From NCBI RefSeq assembly GCF_009914755.1, contig NC_060934.1: a stretch of DNA of 64,000 nt; one strand, 5' to 3'. Both the position numbers and the translations under genes were made by a program. The notes under the pieces are model-generated. The model searched no databases and was not told the origin of the DNA. It saw only the letters and a program-made list of their open reading frames with translations. Of this stretch, positions 1 to 12,945 are shown piece after piece. The stretch's first letter is position 1. Every line of letters starts with the position of its first letter. Source of the DNA: the human T2T-CHM13v2.0 reference genome, Homo sapiens.

Positions 1-658
1 CCCTCAACCCCCCGACAGGCCCTGGTGTGTGATGTTCCCCTCCCTGTGTCCATGTGTTCTCACTGTTCAACTCCCACCTATGAATGAGAACACGCGGTGT
101 TTGGTTTTCTGTCCTTGTGATAGTTTGCTGAGAATGATGGTTTCCAGCTTCATCCATGGCCCTGCAAAGGACATGAACTCATTCTTTTTTATGGCTGCAT
201 AGTGTTCCATGGTGTATATGTGCTACATTTTCTTAATCCAGTCTATCATTGATGAGCATTTGGGTTGGTTCCAAGTCTGCTATTGTGAATCGTGCTGCAA
301 TAAACATATGTGTGCATGTGACTTTATAGTAGCATGATTTATAATCCTTTGGGTATATACCCAGTAATGGGATGGCTGGGTCAAATGGTATTTCTAGTTC
401 TAGATCCTTGAGGAATCACCACACTGTCTTCCACAATGGTTGAACTAATTTACACTCCCACCAACAGTGTAAAAGCATTCCTATTTCTCCACATCCTCTC
501 CAGCACCTGTTGTTTCCTGACTTTTTAATGATCCCCATTCTAACTGGCGTGAGATGGTATCTCATTGTGGTTTTCATTTGCATTTCTCTGATGACCAGTG
601 ATGATGAGCATTTTTTCATGTGTCTGTTGGCTGCATAAATATCTTCTTTTGAGAAGTG
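1..658 (-). mobile_element. L1PA-type LINE-1 3' portion (ORF2 C-terminus and 3' UTR), 5'-truncated
   Basis: ORF 416..619 (-) encodes [49 protein letters not shown], the L1 ORF2p C-terminal cysteine-rich region. Confidence 0.92.
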
Positions 659-660
659 AT

Positions 661-3580
661 TGAATCCATTTACAAATTAGTAATATCACAAATGAAAGTG
701 GGACATCACTATAGATAATACAGATATTAAAAGAATAACTCAGGGAAATACTATTAACAAATTCATACCAATAAATTTGACAACTTACCTACACTGGACA
801 AATTCATCTAATTACATGCACTACCAAAGCTCACTGAAGAAGAAATAGATAATCTCAATAGCTGTGTATCTACTAAAAATAAAATTCATAATTAAAAACC
901 TTCCCACAGAAAAAAAGAAGATAGCTTCACTGATATATTCTACCAAACATTAAAGGGAGAAAACTTACCAATTCTACATAAAGAATTCCAGAGAATTGAA
1001 GAAGAGGAAATACCTCCCAAATTATTTTCTGAGGCCAGCATTATCATGAAACCAAGATCAAAGACATTATGAGAAAAGAAAGCTACAAACCAAAGTCCCT
1101 CATGAGTATAGATGCAAAGATCTTTAACTGAATATTACCAAATCAAATCCAGTTTTGTGTAAAATGGTAATGCATAATATCCAAGTGGGACTTTATCCAG
1201 TAATGCAAGGTTGGTTCAACATTTGAAAATAATTCTGTGTAATATCAGCATGTTAACAGACCAGAGAGGAAAAACCATACAATTATTAAAGTAGATGTTA
1301 GCAAACACATTTGACAGATTTCGGCTTAATTCACTACAGTAATTCACCAGCAAACAAGGAGAGGAAGGAAACTTTCCTGACTTGATTAAGGGCACTTTTT
1401 AAAAGCTTATATTTCATGGTAAAGGCTGAATGCTTTCTCCCTAAGATTTGGCATGAGGCAAGATGTTCTTTTACCACTTTATTCAAAATTGTGTTAAAGA
1501 TTTTACCTTGAGCAACAGGGCAAGACAACTTTTGTTTCAAAAAGAAAGATAGCCAGATTGGAAGCAAAAATGTCTTTACTGGTAGATAACATGATCGTCT
1601 ACATAAAAAATCCTAATGAATCTACAAAAAATTTACTAGAATAAGTGAGCTCAACAAGATCACAGTAGAAAAGATCAATATAAAAATCAAATGTATTTGT
1701 TATACTAGAAATAACCATTCCAAAATTGAAATTTAAAAAATACTCTTTACAATAGCATAAGAACTTACAAAAATACTCAGATGCAAGCTTTTAAAAATGT
1801 AAGTGTGAGACCTGCACATGAAGAAATAAATTTTAAAATAAATAAGGAGCTATACTATGTTAATAATTTAGAAAACTCAGTATTAAGCTGTCAATTCTTC
1901 CTGAATTTATCTATAGATTAAATGTAATTCTTACCAAAATTCCAGCAGATTTTCTGATGAAAATTGACAAGCTAATTTTAAAATGTGTAGGAAAATGCAA
2001 AGGACATACAATGGCCAAAACAATTTGAAAAATAACAAATTTGATCTTTTTGATAACTCCTGTTAGTTGATTTAAAGGCTTACTGTAAGCTACAATAAGC
2101 AAAACGTGGTAATATTAGTGTGAGGACAGATGCATCGATCAAGGAAGCAGAATAGAGCCTAGTAATAGATCCACTTACAAAGGGTAAATTTATTTTCGAC
2201 AAAGATGCCAAAGTAATTCAATACACAAATAGTGTTTTCTTCAAGTGGTACTAGAACATTTGGACATTCATATGCAAAATTGTGATTCTCAAACCATCTC
2301 ATACCATATACAGCAACTAATGTGACATGGATCATAGACCCAAATATAAGAATCAAAACTGGAAGACTTCTAAAACAAAACATAAAAGGAAGTCTATTTT
2401 CTTCCCTTTGGACTAGGCAAAGATTTCTTAGGCAGGGCAAAAGCAAAATGAAATAAAACAAAACAAGGCTAACCTTTGAAACAATGAATGAATTGGACTT
2501 CATCAAAACTGAAAGCTTCCGGTGTACAAAATATATTTTTAAGAAACAAAATGATAAGCCACACACTGTCAGAAAATATGTCCAAAATGTATATCTGACA
2601 AATGACCTGTATCCAGGATATACAGGGAACTCTTACAACTCAAGAACACAAACAACCCAATTAAAAGTAGGAGAAATATTTGAACAGGCATTTCACAAAA
2701 GAAGGTACAGAAATGGCTAATGATCACATAGAATGGGATTATCATCACTATACAGGGAACTCTTACAACTCAAGAACACAAACAACCCAATTAAAAGTAG
2801 GAAAAATATTTTAACAGGCATTTCACAAAAGAAGGTACAGAAATGGCTAGTGATCACATAGAATGGGATCATCATCACTAGTCATGAAGGAAATGCAAAT
2901 TAAACCCAGAGGGAGATACCATTATACTCCCACTAAAATGGCTAAAATTAAAAGGACTGACAACATCAAGTGCTGTAGAACACATGAAGCAATGGCATCT
3001 CTCATTTTTGCTGGTGGGAATGCAAATACAGTATAGTTCCTTTGGAAAGCAATTTGGCAGGTTGTTATAACATTATACATACACATGACATAAGACCCAG
3101 AAATTCCACTCCTGGGTATTTTCCCAAGAAGAGAGAAACACGTTCACACAACACCCTGTATATTTAACCATATTTATTTATAACAGTCCCAAACTGGAAA
3201 GTACCAGAATGTCCATCAATCAGTAAATGGATGTTGTACATCTATGCAGTGCAATACCACTCAGCCATAAAGTGAGATAAGCTATGGATAAATGCAACAC
3301 CATGGACAAATCTCCTAAACTATGCTAAATTAAAGAAGCCAGACACAAAATACAGCATATTGCATGGTTCTGTTTATAAGACATTCTAGAAAAGCCAAAA
3401 TGATAGGGAGAGAAAGCAGAGCAGTTGTTCCCAGGGAAGTGAGTTAGAGGGAGAGATTTGACTTCAAAGGGGCATGAGGGAAATTTGGGATGATGGAGAT
3501 GGTCTCTGAAACTTCCCTGGGGTGATGGTTACACAACTGCAAACCCTTGTCCAAACCCATCCAACTGTATATGTTAAAAT
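661..3580 (+). mobile_element. Old L1M LINE-1 remnant (degenerate ORF2 and 3' UTR)
   Basis: A-rich sense strand with degenerate L1 ORF2 motifs (aatgcaaggttggttcaacatt; gaaatgcaaattaaa...gagataccatt). Confidence 0.8.
2619..2880 (+). repeat. 130-bp tandem duplication inside the old L1
   Basis: The unit tacagggaac...atcatcacta occurs at 2621-2750 and 2751-2880 with 4 substitutions. Confidence 0.95.
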
Positions 3581-3682
3581 AAACATGATCTCCCGCCCAA
3601 ATTTGACATACTCAGCAAAGACTAAGTCTATAAAACAAGAATTAAAGCAGTAGTTTTAATTATTTCATAAAAACACATCACA

Positions 3683-3867
3683 AGGGAACATCACACACTG
3701 GGGCCTGTCATGGGGTGGGGGGAGGGGAGAGGGATAGCATTAGGAGATATACGTAATGTAAATGACGAGTTAATGGGTGCAGCACACCAACATGGCACAT
3801 GTATACAAATGTAACAAACCTGCACATTGTGCAGAACTTAAAGTATAATAAAATAAAATAAAATAAA
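3683..3867 (+). mobile_element. Short 5'-truncated L1PA 3' UTR with (AAAAT)n tail
   Basis: gggaacatcacacactggggcctgt...G-tract...ggtgcagcacaccaacatggcacatgtatac...acttaaagtataata. Degenerate TSD ..atcacaa on both sides. Confidence 0.9.
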
Positions 3868-3899
3868 TCACAACTTGTTATAACACTATAATTTCAGGA

Positions 3900-5500
3900 T
3901 GGGCTGGTATGATATATTGGTGCAGAACATGGATATAAAAGTCAAGCTGACCTTAGTTCAAGTCCTGTCTTTACCATTTACTAGTAGAGTGACCTTCTGC
4001 TAATCACCCTGTACTTCATTCAGACCTCACAGGATTACGGTGTGGATTTAATTGTGCACTTTAACCACTTCATAATTGCCAGTCTCATAGTGAGTATTAA
4101 AAAAGCTTTAGTTACTTGAAGAACATTTAGAAACAGCCTAGGTGGGGAGACATACATGTCAACAAATACATTACAGTATCATGTGAAAATAACAAATAGA
4201 GCAAGTGTAAGGTACAGCTATAGCAACGAATGAGAAATGCTTCCCTCTGTCTGAAGAAGCTAATAAAGACTTTTTGGAGGAAATGATGACTAAGTTAAAA
4301 TTTGAAAGATGAATAAGTGGTTTTCAGGCTGATTAGGGGAGTGAAGGGCTCAAAATGTCATGGTGTACTTGGAGAATGCTGAGCAGTTTGCTATATTTTT
4401 GAACAATGACAGAAGCTATTGTAGTAGGAAGCAGTCAGTCAGAACAAGAAAGATCTTGAGTGTCAATTTAAGAATCTTGTTGCATTTCATCATTTGTGTG
4501 TTAGAGCTATTGGAGCCAGCAAGGACACAGACAAATTAAATTTGCATCTTAGAATGATTACTTTGATTGTCTTGGAGAAGATGAATTGAAGCTAGGATGA
4601 GTCTAGAGGATGGAAGACCTGCCAGAAGGCTTGTTAGATGAATTCAGGTAAAGGACAGTGACTTTCTGTACTTGGGCTATGGGAATTGGAAGGTGAGAAT
4701 AAATTCAAGAAACTTTTAGGGGAATCCAATAATTAACTGCATGAAAAGGAGAATAAGTCTAGGATGCCTGTCAGACTTGGTGGTCTGTTTGGGTAGAACA
4801 CCTGTTGGTACCCCTAGATAAATGGAAAAACATGTCTATACTGGGAAAATGATGAGTTTAGGTGGGTAGTGTTGATGACTGAAGTGCCTGTGGGTATCCA
4901 GGTGGAACTGTGTAGCAAGTAGGATATATGGGTCTAGAGTTCAGTACCGGAGTCTGATGAGGAGCTACATATGTGCAATAGTTGAAGTCACAAATATAAA
5001 TAAGATCACCTAGAAAAGCATATAGTGTGAAAAGAGAACAAGGGACAGATCCCTGGGAAATTTCAACATTTAAGATTCTGTAAAAAAACCACAATAGGGC
5101 ATATATCCCTATAAAATCCCAGCTACTCAGGAGGCTGAGTCAGGAGGATTCCTTGAGGCCAGGAATTCAAGACAAGCCTGGGCAACATAGATAGACCCTG
5201 TTGTATAGAAAAGATCTTAAATGATGGTCATAAAAGAAAGTAGGAGGAAGATCAAGAGCAAGTAGTACCAAGGAAACCAAGAAAAGAGTTTCAAGAATGA
5301 GGTGTCATTGAGTATTATATACAGCAGCAATGTCAAGCAAGATGAGGGCTAAGAAGCATCCAATGGATATGGATAGTTTTAGTGCTGGGATGAAAACAGG
5401 TCACTATAGTCTGAAGAGTGAATAGGAAGTTAAAAATATGTAAGTATCTAATGCTGGCTACTTTTTTTGAAAAGTCATGACCAAGAAGAGAAAGAAAACA
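3900..5500 (+). mobile_element. MIR and L2 remnants, with a FLAM-like Alu monomer at ~5114-5205
   Basis: MIR core (agttcaagtcctgtctttaccatttactag), purine-rich L2-like text, and aatcccagctactcaggaggctgag...agcctgggcaacatag. Confidence 0.6.
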
Positions 5501-7028
5501 ATAGGATAATAGTTAGAAGGAACAACAACATCAAAGGGATTTTATTTGTTTTTGCTTTTTAGATGAGGCATGGGAGGGGCTTCAACATAATTATATACCA
5601 ACAGGAAAAAACGTGGAAGACAGGGAGAGGCTGAAAATACAGGTGTATATTATTCAAGGTCCAATCATATAACACTTGATGACGCTTATATTCTTGAAAC
5701 TCCCTCCTTAGTTTCCTTGATGCTACTTGGTCTTAATCCTTTTCCTACTTTCATGACCATTACTTAAGATCTTTTCTATACAGAAGTCACACCGGATATT
5801 TGACCATGGAAAACTGAATACAAATAATTGTTATAAAGCTGTTTATCAGGCAATTTAAATGGTGAGAAGAGAACATAAGATATATAAAAGTAGCAATTAT
5901 AAGAAGCATCTATCATTCTTAGGACTGGGAGACCAACAGGGGCCGGTAGGAGACGGAATTTGCAAAGTCTAAGAGGAGAGGGAGAGACTTTTTGCTAAAG
6001 GCAATCAAAAAATATTTTATGAAGATGGCATTTGAGCTGGGCTTAATTAAGTGGAAATGAGAGAATATTTCAGGTATTGCACATGACCTGGGAAATAGAA
6101 GCTACTTTATAAATATTTGTTGAAAAATGAAGTGATGAACAGATAAGCAAGAAAATCTAGAGAAAAGTGTGGAAAATTTCGGGAACAGTAAGTTTGGCTG
6201 GAGCTTGGATGGTGGAGATCGGTTGAAAATGTGGTTGCACAGATGGAGTAGAGATGGAGCAGACGGTCTTAAATTCCAGGCCAATGTGTTGAAAATTTAT
6301 CTTAGGAAGCCGCTGACATTTGAGTAGGGAAGTGACAAGACTGGAACGATGATTTCTGGATGGCCGATTTGCCTGTGATACGTAGAAAGAACTGTAAGCA
6401 GAGAGCAACTGAATTTCTCAGCCAGAAGGCCAAAAAATGACGAGCTGGATTGAAGTGACAATAAGGATATGAGAAAGGGAACAAGCAGGAAACAAAATGT
6501 AAGCCGCCAAGAAGTGGCTGAAGTGATGACTGTGGTTGGGGGGCATGGGAGGAAGAAGGGAAATTGAAGCTCCTTCTGAGTCTAGGCAATTGGAAGAATG
6601 GCAGGAAGAGGAAAGAAAGAGGAAGAGAACGGGGCTTTGAAGGGCCATGAGAAGTTCTGTGGAAACGGATTGGACATCCTAGTGCAAAGAGATGTGGCAG
6701 TGCAGGTCTGCAGCTTAACGGAGCCTGGGCAGGAGGTGGCTGATGTGGGTTTCATCTGCATAGAGATTCCGGCTGACGCCTCTATTTGGAAGAATGCAAT
6801 AGTATTTGCGTATTTGAACCCACAGCCAGTCCTTGGGCCAGAAACTGAGGCTGAACTGCCTCTTGATTTACAGCTTCCACCCCCAGTTTCCATTCTCCCC
6901 TAAAGCACTGGATTCAGGTAATCGCGGACGCACTTGGCTCCTCCCGCACTGGCCGCTGCCCTCGGCGGGACAATGGGCGCCCTAGCAGCCCCGAGCGTTC
7001 CCAGGGCGCAGGCGCGGCGCGGCGTGGC

Positions 7029-7041
7029 GTCGCCTAGCAAC
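7029..7041. promoter_or_regulatory. RFX X-box motif
   Basis: GTCGCC-T-AGCAAC matches the X-box consensus GTNRCC(N0-3)RGYAAC. Proximal X-boxes are typical of ciliary gene promoters. Confidence 0.8.
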
Positions 7042-7044
7042 GAG

Positions 7045-7117
7045 GCACAACAAGGGACTGGGGGTTCGTCTGCTGGGTTTGCGGAGCAGCTAGCTACTCG
7101 GCGGGATCTCCCGGCAG
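7045..7117 (+). other. ARMC3: ARMC3 exon 1 (non-coding 5' UTR; start approximate)
   Basis: Donor CAG|GTAAAG at 7117/7118 inside the CpG island. Splicing to the acceptor at 11006 gives GGCAG|GATGG, a strong Kozak context. The TSS cannot be fixed from sequence. Confidence 0.7.
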
Positions 7118-7955
7118 GTAAAGGTAACCCCGTGGGGTGGGGAGGCCCAAGGCAGAGGCCTGAGGAAAACCTGGGAAAGGAGAAGGTGCCACGTGGGCGC
7201 AGACTGCTTGGGTCAGTGAGGCAACACCTTGCTGGGCGTTGTTAGTTTCTGCCTCGCGCCCGCAGGGTTAGACGGGGCTTGGGGTGGGTTTCGTAAGCAT
7301 CCCGCCACCTCCCATTCAACAGGTGACAAAACTGAGGCCCGAGAGGGGATCTGAGGTGAGATCAAGTCAGATTCCGTTACTTGACTGTGAGCAACTCAGA
7401 AGTGGCCTCGATTTCTTGAGCCCTCCTCCTCTTTAAATCTTCTCAAAGCAGAACTCATTAGAAAATATTTAAAATCATAGGCTGAACGTTCACGAAGAAC
7501 AAATACAAAGGACCAATCAACTCGTGAAAAAAAAAATGGCTCCAGTAGTCAAGAAGATGCATTTTTAGAGCAGAGTTGTTTGCATATCCAATGCCCTGAA
7601 GTTTTCACCCAGTTAATTTACTGCTAGAGATTTATCCTAAAGAAATAGTTGGGGATAATGGATGAAAATTTTATGTCCAAGGACGTTCTTTCAGCCCTGT
7701 CCATATTTCCAGAAAATTAGAAACAAATTTCAACAATCAGAGACTGGCTAGATAGCTAAGGGATTTTAAAATATTTGTAATGGCATGTTATGCTAATCCA
7801 CTGGAGATTATTAAAGCAATGAAGGGAAACTGAGACTTCATGAATTTATTTGTTAATATAAGAATTTAGTAGGAATATGAACCCAGGAAGGGAAGGTGAA
7901 AGTAGGGGATAGAAGTTGAGGCAGGATGTTAAAATCACTTTAGAAAAACACACAA

Positions 7956-8233
7956 AGCCAGGTACGGTGGCTCACGCCTACAACCCCAGCACTTTGGGAG
8001 GCTGAGGCGGGTGGATCGCCTGAAGTCAGGAGTTCGAGACCAACCTGGTCAATGTGGGGAAACCTGTCTCTACTGAAAATACAAAAATTAGCCGAGCGTG
8101 GTGGCGGGTACCTGTAATCCCAGCTACTCAGGAGGCTGAGGCAGGAGAATCTCTTAAACCTGGGAGGTGGAGGTTGCAATGAGCCAAGATCAGGCCACTC
8201 TCCAGCCTGGGCAACAGAGTGAGACTCTGTCTC
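7956..8233 (+). mobile_element. Alu (AluS-like)
   Basis: Full dimeric Alu consensus; the tail is expanded into a purine tract. Confidence 0.95.
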
Positions 8234-8278
8234 AAAAAAGAAAAAGAAAAAGAAAAAAAGAGAAGAGAGAGAGAGAGG

Positions 8279-8310
<32 letters not shown>

Positions 8311-8365
8311 GAAAGAAAAAGAAAAAGAAAGGAAAGGAAAGGAAAGGAAAGGAAAAGAAAAGAAA
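8234..8365 (+). repeat. 132-nt pure purine tract (GAAAA)n-(GA)n-(GGAAA)n
   Basis: No pyrimidine between 8234 and 8365. Confidence 0.95.
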
Positions 8366-8562
8366 TAGTATTGATCTCTCTGAGCTTATCTTTGGGTGAT
8401 TTTTATTTTATTCGTTGTGCCCTTGTTTTCCAAATTCTCCACAGTGAAATGTATTACCCTTGTAAGGATCATCTCCATAGCTCATTGCCACCGACCTATG
8501 TCAGCTGTTCAGTCTCTCCTCCATTAACTATCATACCCAATATGGTGATAAAACACATAGGC

Positions 8563-8861
8563 TTTTTTTGGGGGAGGAGACAGAGTCTCGCTCTGTCACC
8601 CAGGCTGGAGTGCAATGGGGTGATCTCAGCTTATTGCAACCTCCGCCTCCCGGCCTCAAGCAATTCTCCTGCCTCAGCCTCCCCAGTAGCTGGGAATGCA
8701 GGCACATGCCACCGCCACTCCAGGCTAATTTTTGTATTTTTAGTAGAGACAGAGTTTTGCCATGTTGTCCAGGCTGGTCTTGAGCTCCTGACCTCAGGTG
8801 ATCCACCCGCCTCAGCCTCCCAAAGTGCTGGGATTACAGGAGTGAGCCACCACGCCGGGCC
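8563..8861 (-). mobile_element. Alu (AluS-like), antisense, with ~21-bp TSD
   Basis: TSD tgataaaacacataggctttt at 8546-8566 and 8863-8883. The minus-strand junction reads TT|AAAA (L1 endonuclease consensus). Confidence 0.95.
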
Positions 8862-9901
8862 ATGATAAAACACATAGGCTTTTAACTTCATTCTTTAGCT
8901 TAGGAGACACTCTATCATTGCAATACTGTCTGTGTAAGCTCTTCTAACCTCTGCACTATGCAATTGCTCAAAAACACTATCCTGAAGTAGGAAAAATTAG
9001 TTCCTAAGTGAAAATCAGATGATTTAAAACAACTTTATGCAGGTGTAATTAAATTGCTTCCTGAATATTATTCATAAGCAATTATTTTATAAATCAAAGG
9101 CTGCTCTGTCTTGGAATTGGTTATAGAGTGCTATAAACTCTCTCTTTTTTTTTTCCTAGAGATTAATTGTAGGATAGATTCTCATTTGCCCAGAATAGTT
9201 TCTGCCTCTCTGCCTGAAATATTATAGGCACAAGGTCTAGGGCCTGTTCACTTTTCAAGCACCTAAGGAAGATGTTTGAGATTTGAAAAAAATGCTTATA
9301 TTGGCTCTAAAATATGAAAAGAGAACTGAAAAATTAGTGTTAATTAAATGTTTTATTAATATAAATTTTTATTACATTTGAAAACAATTTTCTCATTTTA
9401 CAAGAATTTCCAGGTGTATGTACTGATTGCTGAGTAATTTCAAATACAAATTTCAAAAGTTTTTATGATGCAAATGACATTTAATGGGCGATGCAGGCAC
9501 ATTTTAACATTTTAATATATTGGCTATTGTGTGAATAAGCTTGCCCAGGCCCTCCAAAGTCTTAAAAGTAGTGTGGTCTGAAGTTAGAGACCTAGAATAA
9601 ATGCCTTTCAGAAGTATCTAGGAGTTTCTATGAAGACGTGGCTTTTTAATGTATGTGATAAATTCTGGTCAGTGTCTCTAATGCTAGGAGTTGCTTTTGA
9701 CCCTTGACATGCAATTTGAGCTAACCCTGACACTGTAGATTCTCCCCAAGGATTTTCTACTTCCTAGGATTTCTACTGAGACTATGGTAATTTCCTTAAG
9801 GCTATGATATACCGTTTAAGATTGCTCCTACGATATACCGTTTAAGATGGCCCTGATGTCAAACATAATTCCACAAACTCTCACTGAAGAAAACTAGATA
9901 G

Positions 9902-10236
<335 letters not shown>

Positions 10237-11007
10237 TGAAAAGTTCTTTGAACCCAGGCTGGTTACTCCTCTGTGGTATGTTAACTATGTATAAATTCCA
10301 TTCCTTTCACTTTTTCCACACAGACATGGACATATGAGGACAAGTGGAAAGGAAGTAACCTCAGTTTCCCCAGAATATATCTCTTCAGATTTTTTAATTG
10401 CTTTTTTACTAAGCTGTGGATTATGAAAGAAAACTTTTTGTTATCCGGGCAAAGGACACAAATGTTGATTCAAGACCTGGTAGATTTTGTATACCATTTA
10501 TGAGATCATTACTCCTAGGAAAAATGGAGTTAATGAGGTTTATAAATATCAAATGCCAATTATGTACCAGACACTGTTGTAGGTATTTAGGATAGATCAG
10601 TGCAAGAAAATAGACAAAAACCTCTGCCTTTGTGGCACAAACATTCTTGCAGGTCTCAAAAGTAACTTGGTGGGCTTAGTCTCTTAAGCCCATCATAAGC
10701 AAGCTATAAAAATGGTAAATGATTTCTTGTTATTTAAGTTATGCCACTAATATATTCACCTCCTTTCTAAACTGAAAGCCAGGACTAACACTCAATGATC
10801 TTATCAATAAGTTCCTTAAAATTGCAGAGTTTGAAATTGGGATGTAGGTGACATATTTGTACATATGTGATAATTTTTACATGTATTGCATTGTGTTTTA
10901 GGAGGTAAAAATTTAAAGGAGAAAATAAACCTCCTCTCAAGGGCACAGGTAATTGAGAAATGTATGTGCAAATGTCACTTTAACCATATATTGCATCTTT
11001 TTCCAGG

Positions 11008-11055
11008 ATGGGTAAAAAGATAAAGAAGGAAGTAGAGCCTCCTCCTAAGGATGTG
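11008..11055 (+). CDS. ARMC3: ARMC3 exon 2 (start codon; MGKKIKKEVEPPPKDV)
   Basis: Acceptor tcttttttccAG ends at 11006, then 1 nt of UTR and ATG at 11008. Donor GTG|GTAAGT, phase 0. Matches the ARMC3 N-terminus as I recall it. Confidence 0.93.
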
Positions 11056-11819
11056 GTAAGTTTCTGATTTGAATACTAGTAGCACTTTAACAACCAGTTA
11101 TAAAAATAAATTGTTCACACAGTTTGGCATGTACCAGTATATACATGAATACGCGGTGGCAGAAGTCCAAAGTCTGACTAATGATAAGATTAGTCAGAGA
11201 AATCTAACATTACATAAACAAACATTTACAACATTGTCATTATATAATTAGCACAATTAGAGAGTAATTATTAGCTTTTCCAGTATGTAGATGGCATGTT
11301 TATAGCATAGTTAATGAATAAATAGTTTGGGTTGTTCTTTTAAATACTTACCATTTACATTTGCCAGCCTCTCATTTATGTTAATTAATCAAGTGAATTT
11401 TCAAAAATAACTGGAAGTTCTGCTATAGCTATTAGATATGTATATAAGGTTGTCTGGTGATGACCACTGCACGTGAGAAGTCCCTATCCTTTCCAGTTCT
11501 ATCGAGAGACTAGTCTGGCATCATCATTTTTATTCCAAATGCTAAGTAATTCATTCCCCACTGAAAGCTCTTCTCTGTCTTTAAAAACAGGATTTTATCT
11601 TCTCTCTTTAAACTTTATCAATTATTGAAAGGTTGTGTTAAAAGTGAAAAATGACCTTGGACAATTTGCAGTTTAGAAACTTATTTTGAAACAGACATTT
11701 GGTGTGATTTCCTTCAGATAAATCAGGAATAGAAAAGAAATAAGTGGAGTCCACAGACTCACAGCAATTTCAAATTTGAAGGAAACTGGGCTAATGGCAG
11801 AAATCTGCCCCCTTGGGAG

Positions 11820-12030
11820 CTTTGTGGTTAAGACACTGGGGGCCTTGAGCCAGCTCTGCCTCTTACCAACTGTGTCATTGTGGCCAATTTGCCAAATTTG
11901 GCCAAGTTATTTCGGTTTTTCTTTAGCTCCTAAATGGGAATCATAATATCAAACTCGTTCCCGTTGTTGTATGAATTAAAACAAAATAAGTTACATAAAG
12001 GTCTTAGTGCTTGGCACGTAGCACTTGGAA
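11820..12030 (+). mobile_element. MIR
   Basis: gtggttaag...cagctctgcctcttaccaactgtg...ggccaagttattt...taaatgggaatcataata...cttagtgcttggcacgtag. Confidence 0.65.
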
Positions 12031-12652
12031 AATAAGATCTATTATCATGAGAATCCTCTGGACTCTGCTTCTGAGACACACAAACACACACTTGCACCCC
12101 TGTGCAATCCACTGGGTATGATACTTCAATACAGTTGGGAACAAAATCTACAGAAGTGCCTGTCTTCCCGGGTCCAGGAAGGCTTTGCAGGGGTAGACAT
12201 TGTGATCTCATGATGTTTCATCATTCTGGCTGCTTCTCTTAGGACATATTCCTAAAATGTTGCAGATTCTCTTATTTTTTTTTTCATTGCATCCAAGGTT
12301 TGTATCACTCCCCTTTTTGCTACCAAATAGCATTAATGGCATCTGATTAGCAAAAACATATTCTAATAAAAATTAGAATTACGGGGCTAATAAACAATAG
12401 ATGTATATGGCTAATACACTTTCTATAACTTCATAATGTCTTGCTGATATTGTCCTCTGGACTCCAATCCTTGGGGACACAATGGAGAACTTGAGAAACA
12501 CAGTCCTAGCATTAACAAAATAGAACTCCTGCTTCCTCAGCTCCCAACAGCCTTGGAGGTAGCCAATGGCGGGTGTAACATTGACCAATGGTCCTTACTT
12601 TTCCCTGCCTTTCCCAGGGGACTTCTACTCTGACTATAAAACTGACAGAGTG

Positions 12653-12945
<293 letters not shown>

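Larger units (their letters stand above)
6920..7320. promoter_or_regulatory. CpG-island promoter of ARMC3
   Basis: Sharp local rise in GC and CpG density (gcgcggcgcggcgtggcgtcg, cgcgcccgc) in an otherwise AT-rich, CpG-depleted window. It lies just upstream of the first splice donor. Confidence 0.85.

Noticed and set aside
2619-2880. Direct repeats as a CRISPR-like array
   Set aside because: Only two abutting copies with no spacers, in primate L1 sequence.
6582-7245. Overlapping ~100-aa ORFs near the promoter
   Set aside because: Expected by chance in GC-rich sequence; no recognisable domain, and the frame reads through the exon 1 donor.
8167-8865. 232-aa ORF with a K/R/E-rich stretch
   Set aside because: It is the translation of an Alu end, the GA-rich tract and an antisense Alu. 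It has a non-ATG start and no coding hallmarks.
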